From contig NEEC01000004.1 of NCBI GenBank assembly GCA_002189035.1, forward strand, positions 3,534,001 to 3,598,000: a stretch of 64,000 nt of DNA, read 5' to 3'. The DNA is from Utricularia gibba (lineage: Eukaryota > Plantae > Magnoliophyta). Both the position numbers and the translations under genes were made by a program. Below the pieces are notes generated by a model, which did not search any database, was not told where the DNA came from, and saw only the letters and a program-made list of their open reading frames with translations. Below, piece after piece: positions 1 to 11,183 of this stretch. Numbering within the stretch: position 1 is the stretch's first letter; every line of letters begins with the position of its first letter.

Positions 1-330
1 AATGCTTTGGTGTGTGCAGCCGAATCTACACCACGTGTTGAGGAATTTAACCGTGTGATGGAGACAGTACATTGCACACATCCAGGAGCATATCAGTACT
101 TTATGGATATACCGTTGGAAATGTAGACATTATTGCATGATAGAGGTAAAAGATACACACTTTTTATTATTTTTAAACCATATCATCAATTAATTTTCAA
201 CTTTACTTTCATACATGACTTCTAATTCTTGATATTCAGATTTGGTATTATGACTACAAACCATGTCGAAGCGATCAATGTGGTTTTTCGAAGAGAGCAT
301 CGTCTGCCACCTACATCTATTGCCAAGGTA
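1..330 (+). mobile_element. Degenerate Mutator-like (MULE) transposase fragment
   Basis: Frame 1 reads NALVCAAESTPRVEEFNRVMETVHCTHPGAYQYFMDIPLEM*TLLHDRGKRY, then after an intron-like gap RFGIMTTNHVEAINVVFRREHRLP. This resembles the MuDR 'RYgxMTTNxxEsxN' motif. It contains an in-frame stop. Confidence 0.7.
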
Positions 331-2448
331 TGACATTCACATATCTCAATTCTTCTAAGACTTCTCAATCCTATGATCTTATAAAATTCATGTAAAAAGA
401 TTTGCACAATATCCTATACTTGATGATTTTTTCAATGAATTTACAAATTTGTTATATATATTCGAGGGCAACAATCATACTCATAATACCAAATGTTACT
501 TATGCGGATGTAGATGATTAATTTCCGAATGAACCGCTATTAGAAAAAGATGAACAATATTTTCTATTATTAGATAAAGATAATACAGAGATTGAATATT
601 GTTTTAATTATGTCAATTACTCATGCTCTCAAATTAACTATTATCATGGAAATCATCAAGAACTAAAAGTTGGAATGTATTTCATGTAGAGGCAGTAAGT
701 CACCAACACTATAATGCACTAGAATATCATAATTGATCAAAAGTAATATTATATGATGTATTGATAAACAAAAACTTTAGCAATTTTGTTTAAATTGTAA
801 ATTTACATATCAAATAAATTTATATCTTAATTCACAATAAATCATATGATGATCGGTTGAACACAAGAAGGTATGTGCTTGTTGTGCAAAGGTTGATGCA
901 TATTTTTTTTTTCTCACAGTTTAGAAATTTAGTCAAAGATAAGAATAAGGTAATTCGACGATAACATGTAAAAAAACAGTAAACAAGTAAAAGTAAGTAT
1001 TTATCTAAAATTAATCAAGATGATATCCTGTGACTTCTAGCTCTATTCAAACTCTTGTTTTTTTTATAATTTTTTATCTACCTCTAATTATGATTGTTTA
1101 ACTGTGTGTCATTACCTCTATCCTAGTTTGTTAAAGAATTGATGTAATTTATGACTAACAAGATTAAAATGATGACTTGTACATTAGCCTTTTTGGTATC
1201 AAATTACACCTAATTGTTTAACTATTTATACTAATAGTAAATAAAACACTTCCATAATATAATATGAAAATTATTTTTATTCCACAACTTAATAGCAAAA
1301 AAAGAAATAATAAAATAAGTAGTAATTGAAATCGTAAAAAGTTATGCAAAAAAACTAAAATTATTTGAGGGTGAAACACATAAAGTTTTCACGTTGATTT
1401 TGTTGATTTTATGATCGATTTATTATTTGGTATCAATTATAAATAATAGTTATTTTTGAAAATTAATTCAATACTTCTAGAATAAATTGTATTCTATTAT
1501 AATTATTTTTAATTTTCAAACTATACTCAATTAGATTTTATATGAAACCATTTTTTTGAATCAATATAATTGTATAGAGGATATTTTTATGAAAATTAAT
1601 TCTAAAATTAAATTTATAATTATACTTATTTTTATTATTAATTTTAATTCATATTATTGCAAATTTTTGAAAATATTTAGCTTTTTAATTTATAATTTCA
1701 ATATAGATCTATTTAAATTAAAATAATAGCATAAAATATAAAATATAAACTTATAATATAATTATTTATACAAATATATTTATTAATTTATAGATTTAAA
1801 AAATATAAATATGAATAAGTATTGATATCTATGCTATTTACTTATAAAATTTATTTATTCAGTTCTATAATATTCACTATTTTAATTATATAATTATCAA
1901 TTTTATAATAGGCATTTCATATATTTTTTGCTGCCCTGGTGTAAAAATCATATACAATAATTCCATAAAAGAGGTCAATAATTCTGTATTTTTTACTATC
2001 CTGGTGTATCTTGAAATCGTTTGGTCAAATGAAGAGTTGAACCATTTAACCAGCACTTGGGACTCGGTCAATTAATCCACCAACTAAATCACAACTTCAT
2101 ATTAATTTATCCAATTATAATAATTTCATTGATTTAATATCCTACTTCAATAATATATCATACTTGAACCCCAAATTTATTAGAGAGTATACTAACATGC
2201 AGTGCTAATTAAACTCGAATTCAAATGAAACATACTAACTTTTAACCGGATTATAGATCCAGCAAGACTTGTGCAGCCAAAACAAAAAAGACATGAATAA
2301 AATACAAAAACCACCAGAACAGACAAAAAGTGCAACCACCGACGCAAACTTAAGCTCCGCCCCAGCGAGGGAAAACCGCCAACGTCCGGATTGAACAGGA
2401 TGAAGAAATAAGCAATGACCACTTTGACGTAGAAGGGAGTAATAATGC

Positions 2449-4685
2449 TTACTGTTGCTTGCATTCAGGAGGCCGCTCCCCTGATTGGCCTTCGGCGGCT
2501 TGCCCGCTCACGTTTTTCTGTCAAAAACACACAGGAAATGAGCAAGCATAACCGGCGTACATCTGGAGTTGAATGTGGCATAATTAGCATACCTTTGTTG
2601 CAGAGGGCTGGAATAGTTTTGACATGTGAAGGACGGACAGACGGACCCAACACAGCTGGTGAGCATGTGACGGAACAAAAAGCAAGTATAACTAGACTAC
2701 TGTTAAACGCTATCACATCTCACCTTCTTCTTGCTCTTGAAGACCTCTTCCTCCTCATCTTCATCCTCGTCCTCATCATCGTCCTCATCGTCCTCTTCAT
2801 CATCATCATCGTCCTCGCCACCCTCATCATCTATGTTGATGTCTTCTCCTTGAACAGCTTCTCCAGTGAACCACGAGACAGCATGAGGGATGATCTTATC
2901 TCGAATTGTTGAGCTGGAAATGATGGATTCTAGTGACGAGCTGACGAGAATGAAAAGATTCCATGTCCCTCGGGAAAAAAGAATGTACTCACCCAATATC
3001 ATAATCTTGTTCCATCAGGTTTTGAAGCTCTTCAGCCTGCCCATATGAATAAAAGAACAAATGCATTTAAACTAAAACCACCGCTAAGGCTGATTTCTCT
3101 TCTTTAATTCACTTCAATGAAGCAGTTAGAAGTTACCTCCTCTTCATCAATGTCATCTTCATCATCAGGGACCTCAGGTGGGCTGAAAAAGTTGAAAAAA
3201 CTTTCACATTTTTCGGTCTTTATTATTGGTTTTGCATTCTTTGAGCCCTTTTTTGGCTTTTTCTTCATGACCTTCTGAGTCAAGCATTTCCCTGGGTTCC
3301 ACTCTATCTGTGTTCTGAGAATACCAACATATTATCATACACTAACTTTTATGCAAAAGAATGAGAAATGCGATCAAACAAACGATCCATAAGAAAGAAT
3401 TACCCAATCGCCTTCTCCAAAATTGGCTCATCTTCATCAATCATATGGTATGTTTTTGAGAGTACAGTGTTCTTAAAGAAAGGATTTGAATCAAAAAAGA
3501 ACTCGAGCTTAAAGCCCTTGGGATTGTCAATCCGAGAAGACCTGATATCCCTAAGATAATTTAGTGCCTCCTCGTCACGCTCTGTAATCTGAAGATACAA
3601 ACAAGAATGTTGAGCATAAAGGACAAAAAAAGCAACTAAAGATATCACGTTCACGGCAGCAAACCTCTTCAGCCAAAACTTCACTGTTCTTCATTGCCGT
3701 CAGCCAAAACTCTGGCACACCTTTAGCTGAAATTAAGCTTTTCCAATATTAGAAAGCTGGAAAGTATGTAAAATGGATAGCCAACAAAAACACACTAGAG
3801 AATACAATGCAATCTAGCCAAAGAGAGCAGCGATAGCCAGTCAACTACCTTCATCTGATTTAGCATCCCCCTGAACCGAGGTATCAGCCACTCCCACTTC
3901 CACAAAACCGTTTACAATTTCATAACGCTACATTGAATTTGCAAAATTGGTCACACCAATAAAGAGGAAAAAAAAAGAGGGAAATAGGCGAGTCCAAAGG
4001 GTCATATAATGTGCCTTTCCACTGAAAACAGTCTTACTTTCGTATATAGGGGTTCGTAAAGTTTCTGGTACTTGGCTTCAAGCACCGCTTTCTCCTCTTG
4101 GAACTTCGCCTCGAGCTCATCATGCTGACCCTGCATATAGCAATACTCCTTACACCGTATGAACCCAATACAACGAATGAACAACGCAAAAATAAACGTG
4201 TGAGAGAAACCTCATAAGTCCTACCCTACTCAAACGATAAACGCGGAAGCTACGTAATAATTCATAATCAGCACAGTTAGTAAGACATCATGAATGAAAA
4301 ATCACCCAGCACCTGAATCTCCCTCAAGAACTCGACTCGTTTCCTAACATTAGGCGACAGAGTCTCCATGACATCCACATGCTGCCGAGAAAAATTTTGT
4401 AACTTATCCTGCAACCCTCGCAAAACAAATATATACTTAAATCACGACATGAAACCAGATAACAAGTAACAAACACAAATGTTTCAAGAAACCTTAAGCG
4501 CATTAACTAATCCAGCACGATCTTCCGCACTTAAAGCTGCGCACGACAAAATCAAGCATAATCACAAACCTACATCATCCGAAAACCAATCGGAGTTTGA
4601 AAAAAGAAACATCACCTGCGGCGGCGGCCGGTAGAGAAGATTCGAGTTCAGACATGTCGAAATTGTTCCTGTCGGGATTGCTCAT
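2449..4685 (-). CDS. NAP1: Nucleosome assembly protein 1 (NAP1 family), 11 coding exons
   Basis: Exons traced with GT-AG borders: [17 protein letters not shown]..., [46 protein letters not shown]...[18 protein letters not shown], an acidic D/E tract (2730-2850), and C-terminus ERPPECKQQ* (TAA at 2449-2451). CKQQ is the known plant NAP1 CaaX farnesylation motif. Confidence 0.97.
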
Positions 4686-5013
4686 GGTGCTCGCAAATGG
4701 AAGGCAGTAAAGAGAGGGGCCAAAAACCTAAAGAAACTATCGGTGGCGGAGGGAATATTCCAATCCAGAGTCATTTATATATGGCTAATGGGCCTCACCA
4801 TTAAACTGGGCTTACAGAATCTGAGCGCGGCCCATTTAATATTATTGGCGCACCCCACACGTCACATGTGCTAAAAGCGGAAACAATATTTTCCCAACTC
4901 AAAAAGCTGCAACAACAAACGCATGACAAAATAAGGAAAGTGTGTGGGACGAGGCCATCATCATCCCAGATAGATAAATAATAGTGTCTCATGTATATCA
5001 ATTTAATCACTAA

Positions 5014-5358
5014 ATGTGTGTTTGGTATTATAGTATAATTAATCATGTGTTTTGAGTTATTTACATTTAGGATGTGTTATGCGATTAACATTAAAATTTG
5101 TTTAATACATAAATTTTGAATATATGTGTTTAAAATAATATTATATTTAATATATATATATATATATATAATAAATATTTAATATTATTGGATTATTTAT
5201 GAAAACTTACTTAAAATATGAGTTTTAAACTAACTGGTTTAGTGTGCTGTACCATAGTTTTGTAAAACATTCATATATTGTTAAATTAATATATCAAACA
5301 TATATTATTATAAATGCACATATGATTAAATAATAAAACCAACCTACCAAACACCCCC
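5014..5358. mobile_element. Tourist-like (PIF/Harbinger) MITE
   Basis: Left end atgtgtGTTTGGTA, right end TACCAAACACCCCC, flanked by TAA on both sides (5011-5013, 5359-5361). AT-rich interior with a (TA)n run at ~5150-5170. Confidence 0.6.
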
Positions 5359-6712
5359 TAACATTTGTCTGTATCTTATTCTTTTTTGATGTTATTCTGA
5401 TTAAAATACTTTTTATTTAGATATATGATGCACATTGTGTATCCCTTTCTTTTTTGTAATATTAGATAAATGAACATTTATTTAACCAATTTTGCTTATC
5501 TTTATTTAAATTGAGAAATAATAAACTTTCTCCTTGGACCATTAGCAAACGACCTTGTGATACAATTCATAAGCTCATGCATCATGAATAATCTTCTCAA
5601 TAGTGCAAATTGTTTTTTATTTCTTACATATCATCTTCCATCATTTTTTATTCTTGAATTTGCACTTGTAATGCTTAGGGCATATGGTGCATGGACATGT
5701 TGGAACTTTAACTATGGTGAGATGGCCACTAGATCAATATATGTATTATTCGTTTTAAGTATCCATTTTTTTTATAATTTTAAGTTTTTTTATTTTTTTG
5801 GAAAAAATCTATTACAAAGTTAATAGAATCTTTATATTTCTCTTATCCTGTCTATAACCATATATATTGTATGTATAAATATATACACAACTATGATTAT
5901 ATCACTCTCATTTACAATTATTTAGATTATATGAATATAGATAAATACATTAAAATGATTTTTTTTAAATGGATACAGAATACGAATATCACTTTTGTGT
6001 ACAATGAAAGGCAATTACAACGCATTTATATCAAATGATGATGCATTTCGCTTTGTTGGATTATTTTATGGAATCTACTTATTCATTTAATCATTTTTCG
6101 TTTAACGTTTAATTGGTGCAATCAATTATCTAAATTTTCAAACCATAAATTAAACTGAAACCGATAAATTCATTTTGTAAAACATTTAATTTTCTTTATC
6201 ATATATATATTTGAAGCTAATTTTAATGAGGTATTTCGAAAAACTAAGTATATTTTGTAATAAAAATATTATTTAAAGAATGAATCATGATTATGTGTTT
6301 GATATAAAATTTAATAATTGGATTTATCCAAAATAGCACTAATATTTTGTTGAAAAATTAATAATTAACATATTATATAGAATATGATAAAATATTTATA
6401 ATTTAATTTAAAAAATAAATGTTTCAATATATCTTCATAATTGTGAAAGATTTAAGACAAATAATCAATTAATATCCAAAAAAAAATAATAGTTAAATAG
6501 AAAAAGGCCTTGCCTATTAGGGGTAAAAGTGTAAAATGTTCAAAGCCTGGGGATTGAATCAACAACTACCAAAAATTGGTGTTTCCGAAGAAACCAGTAT
6601 CGCTTGGCGCTCCCTCGGCCATGGAGATTGGCTTCCCTTGAGACTTTTTCATTTGAGTTTTCGGCAAACACCGGAGAAAGAAGTTGCATTTGTGCTCCAA
6701 TTTTAAATATCC

Positions 6713-7871
6713 ATGTCGTGGGCGAGTCCCGAAGACGTTTACCGCTCCACATCTCTCGCCAGTTATCTGGATAGTATGTTTTTTTTTTTTTTGGCTTATT
6801 TTCCCTTGTTTTCATCGCTGAATTTTACAAAATTCGACTGGAGGCATATGGGTTTTGTTGCCTGCCAATATGGTCGCTTACTAGTCGGCCAATTTGTCTT
6901 TCTTTTTTTGTTTGAAATCATGATCGTATCATCTTTTGGACATGATCAAGATACTTGGCCCTAAATGCCTCTAGTATAGCTGAAAGGTTACTACTATAAT
7001 TCGTTTGTGCGTGTGGGGGCTTCTTTGAGTTGGATATGTGTTTTCTTGCAGAGAAACTTCTTGTATTGCTACGGGACGGCAGAAAATTGCTTGGGATACT
7101 TCGTTCTTTCGATCAATTTGGTAACATTTTTGTAGCATTTGTAGTATATATTCCTGTGTTATTGTTCCTGATTTTGTGGATTCTGACGAAAATGGGTATC
7201 TTATTGTAGCTAACGCTGTTCTAGAAGGTTCGTGTGAGCGTATCATAGTTGGGGAACAGTACTGTGACATCCCATTGGGCCTGTATGTAATTCGTGGGGA
7301 AAATGTTGTCTTAATTGGGGAGCTGGTTAGTGATGATCTCAGCTTTTCAAACTAAGATGTTTTTTGTTGCTCAACTTGTTAAACATTCAAAGTTCTGCTG
7401 TCGTTGGATAGGACGTGGACAAAGAGGATCTCCCACAACATATGACTCGTGTTTCCGAGGCCGAGATAAGAAGGGTGAGCTTCTTGCCTTCAAACAGATA
7501 TGCTGCTTCCTATTTTTGAGTACAAGGAGGCTCCCTGAGCGCCCCTGCTTCTGTGGGTTTGAGCTTATTTTGTGGACTTGAACTCAGTTATGGGATGCCT
7601 GTTTTTGTACTCAGTTAAGGACACTTGTATCAAATAAGCTAAGAATTTCATTACACTTATGCTTACTGTGTATTATAGTTTGATAAGGTGTATTGCAGTT
7701 TTGAAGGGTAGTTGTAGTAATAGCAACTGTAATCAAACCTCACCTTCAACGTGTTACTATTTGCTTATACTGATGCTGTTTTTCCATGCGCAGGCACAGA
7801 AGGCTGATAGGGAAGCTTCAGAACTCAAGGGTACAATGAAGAAGAGGATGGACTTCCTTGACATGGATTGA
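6713..7871 (+). CDS. LSM1: Sm-like protein LSm1 (mRNA decapping LSm1-7 ring), 5 exons
   Basis: Spliced product MSWASPEDVYRSTSLASYLD|KKLLVLLRDGRKLLGILRSFDQF|ANAVLEGSCERIIVGEQYCDIPLGLYVIRGENVVLIGEL|DVDKEDLPQHMTRVSEAEIRR|AQKADREASELKGTMKKRMDFLDMD*. All introns GT-AG. Confidence 0.96.
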
Positions 7872-8507
7872 TGTATACACCTGGGTGCGTGCAATTCTCT
7901 TCTTTCTGCATACATTGAGACAAGCAAAGCATGGGCAGAGTCTGGAAGTTGGATGCACCACTTTCTTCATCCTCTTCTTCTTCAGATTTTTGACTTGGAG
8001 ATGAAAAGGGTGAAGGGATGATTAGATGAGACCTGCCCGTGGAATGTTCTCATTGGACGTCCTTCACTCTCAGATTTACTCCATTTTTTTGTCACCCAGG
8101 TTCGGGAAGGTTGCTTGCTTAGTCTCTCTATGTTTGATGCTTGTGTTCCATTCTATTTCAACTCCATCTGCTTCTACATCTTCGATAGTAAGATCCATCC
8201 TTGCTGAATCCAAATTCCCAAAGTCAGCAGAGTTCTCCGGTTGGGTTCATTATACAGCAGTTTCAAAGTCAGCAACGTTTGGACATGCAGTGTACAGAAG
8301 ATGATTTTGTTAACAAATACAGCATGCATTTCCAGTATGAACAAGGCGCCGGAAAATGGCGAAAGAAGCGGAATCCGTAAGCTGACAACGCGGACGAAAC
8401 ATGAGACACCTCGGGCCCATGAGCAGAAGAATCTGATGAATGGTGGGGAGTGTCCTATATTATTCAGCGCGAGTTCCCAAGGAAAGACAAGGAAATGGGT
8501 ATGGCTA

Positions 8508-10727
8508 CTAAATGCTCGGCGCCGGCAAGGAGATGGAGCATAGAGCTAACACATTATGACATCTCGAAGGCGAAACTCTTCCGCCCGGATTGTTCTCCCA
8601 AACTATCATGCCGTCGCCACGATTGCGTTGCCGCCGGCGGAGGTCGATCGCTGTATCCATCTCTAAGCGACGGCTGGATCTCAAAAGTCCTGGATATACC
8701 TTCGCCGCCGCCCCGCCGCTGCTACTGCCGTCAGCCTCGATTAACCTGATAACTTCTTTCAACTCGGGCCGTTGATCGGGGTAGCTCTCCGTGCATGCTG
8801 CGCCAATATGTAGAAATTGCTCCATCTCGCCAACGGATGTAGTTGTGTTCACGACATCCGGATCTAGCAACTCCGTGACTCTACCATCGGCGATGGCGGA
8901 CCTCACCCACTGAATCAGATCCGTTCCACCTTGCCCGCTGTTCATGTATTGTGATGGAAATTTTCCGGTGAGGATTTCGAGGATGATGATTCCTAGACAG
9001 AAAACGTCGCACTTGGGCGAAATCCGATTATGTTGCAATGCCTCCGGGGCTTTGTATGCCGTTAGACATTGAGCTGCTTGCGTTGGATTCATCAACGAGC
9101 ATAGTCCATGGTCTGATAACAATGGTTCATACTCCGGGGACAAAAGAATATTGCTGGATTTCAAATTTCCATGGGGTAAATCCAGAACTGCGAGTTCTTC
9201 GTGTAGATACTCCAATGCACGAGCTGTTCCTTGAATTATCTTCTTTCTCACTGGCCAATTCAGTTCACTGTGAGAAGTGCCACGATCCCCTGACAACAGT
9301 TTCATTCAGTACCGGAAAAGATTAAGGTAGGCAAGTTCTTTTTTTTTTTTTTTTTTTGCAGAATGAATCCTACCGTGGAGTATATACAACAAGCTGCCTT
9401 TTTGTTGGTACTCGTAGATCAAAAGCTTCTCTTCTTTTCTGTAATGATATGCCAGCAATGGAAGAATGTTCCTGTGCTGTAGATTCCCAAGCCTTGCCAT
9501 CTCTGTATCAAAATCATCTCTTCCCATTTTAAGCATTTCTTTAGCTCTTTTAACAACTACTGTTAACCCATTGGTCATCATGGCTTTGTATGAAGGACCC
9601 ATGGCTCCGTTCCCCAGGACTTCTGCGGCTGCTTTCATCAAATCGCTCATTCCAAACTCCCCCTTTTCAGTGTTTGTGATTATGAGATCTCCCACTTTTC
9701 CACGGCTGGATCCTTTTTTGCTGGACCCTGATTTGCTCATTGATCCATCCTGTTTCATGGATCCTTTGTTCGATCTCCCTAATGAATCGATGGGATCGAC
9801 ATTTCTATGCATTTCACCGCTGTAGTTCTCGTTTGCTCTCCTCAATATCACTATTCCAGCAACTGTGAGTAGTAGAACACCACCAAAGGCTCCTAGTAAC
9901 CCAAAGGCAATTACATTCTTTTTGTCTGAACTTGGTTCGCTTTGCAGTGGAAGGGCTTGGGAATTTGCAACTGATGGATGGCAGGGATTACTCAAATTCC
10001 CCCCACAAAGCCCTGGATTTCCCATAAATGAGTCAGCACTGAATCTTGCCAGGCTTGTGGGGATTTCTCCTTCAAGATCATTGTTTGCGAGGTTGAGTGA
10101 TGACAGGGTATTCTGCTCCAGAGAAGGAATATTGCCGGAGAAATGATTGTTATCCAAATGTAAGTCGATCAACTGCGGCAAACCCTTGAGAGAAGATGGA
10201 ATAGGGCCTGAGAAGTTGTTCCTGGAGAAGGAAACTTTCTTCAACCCCATCATTTTGGTGAAGTAATCTGATGGAATTTCACCCGAGAACTTATTACCTG
10301 AGATGTACAAACCCTTCAGAGCCCCAAGTCGATTGAATTCAGGGATGGGGCCGGAGAAGGCGTTGTACATCAAACTTGCACTCCTCAGGCCTGGAAGTAA
10401 AACCAATGCATCAACATCTATCTTTCCTGAGAGACCCATTTTCCCGAGACGGAGCCCTCCAACAACACCGTTTTTGTTGCACAAGACACCAACCCACCGG
10501 GCCTTTTCAGCACAGGGCTCGGTCCCAGGCTTCCAGGAGTCAAGAACATGCGTGGTGATGGTGAATGACTCCTTAAGCTTCAAAAGGGCCTCAGAATCAG
10601 TTGCAGTGGAGACGATTATGAAGCAGAGAAGGGCATAAAGGTGAAGGATAATGGCCATATGATCAACATGAAACAACAATTTTGTTATCAAGCGTTGACA
10701 TGCTTGTGAGATGAGGATGCCAAACAA
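8508..10727 (-). CDS. Pollen receptor-like kinase (LRR-III, PRK3/PRK6-like), 2 exons; start at 10727 or 10658; C-tail possibly frameshifted (alternative stop at 8554)
   Basis: Signal peptide, LRRNT (DSEALLKLKESF...LDSWKPGTEPC), LRRs (LxLxxNxLxGxIP), TM helix, 'FGMSDLMKAAAEVLGNGAMGPSYKA' and kinase 'HGNLKSSNILL', 'KCDVFCLGIIILEILTGKFPSQY'. Single intron 9290-9373. Confidence 0.92.
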
Positions 10728-10774
10728 GGGGTTGGTGCGCGGAGAAAGTGAAAATTGTATGTTATCTCATGGTG

Positions 10775-10818
10775 AATGGAGCGCCACTCGTTCACCAATG
10801 GAGCGCCACTCGTTCACC
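10775..10818. repeat. Perfect 22-bp tandem duplication (AATGGAGCGCCACTCGTTCACC x2)
   Basis: Read directly at 10775-10796 and 10797-10818, just upstream of the kinase start. Confidence 0.95.
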
Positions 10819-11183
10819 AGAGGGAGACCGCTGTTTTCTCTGTTCATCTCCTATTCTTCAACAACCTTCAAAATCACCGGTGCCTCCTGATTTCCTCTAA
10901 AAAGAGAAGGGGATGGTATGTTAAGGCGCAAATGGTGAAATTTCATTTTCCATGGACCTCCTAGATGCACTAGTGATTGATTATTTAGACAAAGTGAAGG
11001 GAGTTCCAACGTGGCTGAGAAAAACACTGCTGGTTAAACCCAACTTTCTCCTACTCACTTCACTGATCAATGTCATCTAATCTATACATTCTGGGATGAA
11101 CCCATATGCTCTAGAAACATAGATATATCCATCCCTTGATCACTGAGCTGATACAAGCGACTCTCTCTCCAGGACAGGGCACC

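Noticed and set aside
2445-2912. 155-aa plus ORF with a long hydrophobic I/V/L run that looks like a membrane protein
   Set aside because: It is the antisense reading of the NAP1 acidic D/E tract.
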